From Octopus sinensis (lineage: Eukaryota), in NCBI RefSeq assembly GCF_006345805.1, contig NC_043004.1:17794001-17858000 (forward strand): a DNA stretch of 64,000 bases, read 5' to 3'. The notes beneath the pieces are model-generated. The model had not been told where the DNA came from. It saw nothing but the letters and a program-made list of their open reading frames with translations, and did not search any database. Made by a program: the position numbers and the translations under genes. Shown here one piece after another: positions 63,992 to 64,000 of this stretch (its first letter is position 1; every line of letters starts with the position of its first letter).

Positions 63992-64000
63992 TATGGGTGC

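Overview
This is AT-rich, microsatellite-dense and SINE-dense metazoan DNA. The repeat families and the opsin point to an octopus or other coleoid cephalopod genome (inference, no database search run). The one host gene I can support is the 3' half of a peropsin-like (RRH, group-4/tetraopsin) opsin on the + strand: three coding exons (6634-6730, 32081-32297, 40132-40401) join in frame across 25.35-kb and 7.8-kb introns and keep E181, K296 and NPxxY, and the TM1-TM3 exons are probably upstream of the window. Most of the remainder is transposon debris: three tRNA-type SINE families, R4/Dong-like RLE LINEs nested in (TAA)n arrays, a Tigger and several mariner relics, MITEs, a Helitron-like element, a fossil Gypsy RT-RNase H and a Penelope-like RT fragment. 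The most striking structure outside the ORF track is a set of about 12 type-I hammerhead-ribozyme motifs from roughly 6-7 sequence families. All have a short self-complementary helix III and sit in Penelope-like pseudo-LTR remnants, often as head-to-head palindromes next to microsatellites. They include one fully canonical copy with a branched helix II, one U3-A8 core variant, two copies with U at position 6, and a 151-nt retrozyme-like unit. Folding was done by eye, and cleavage activity and novelty are untested.
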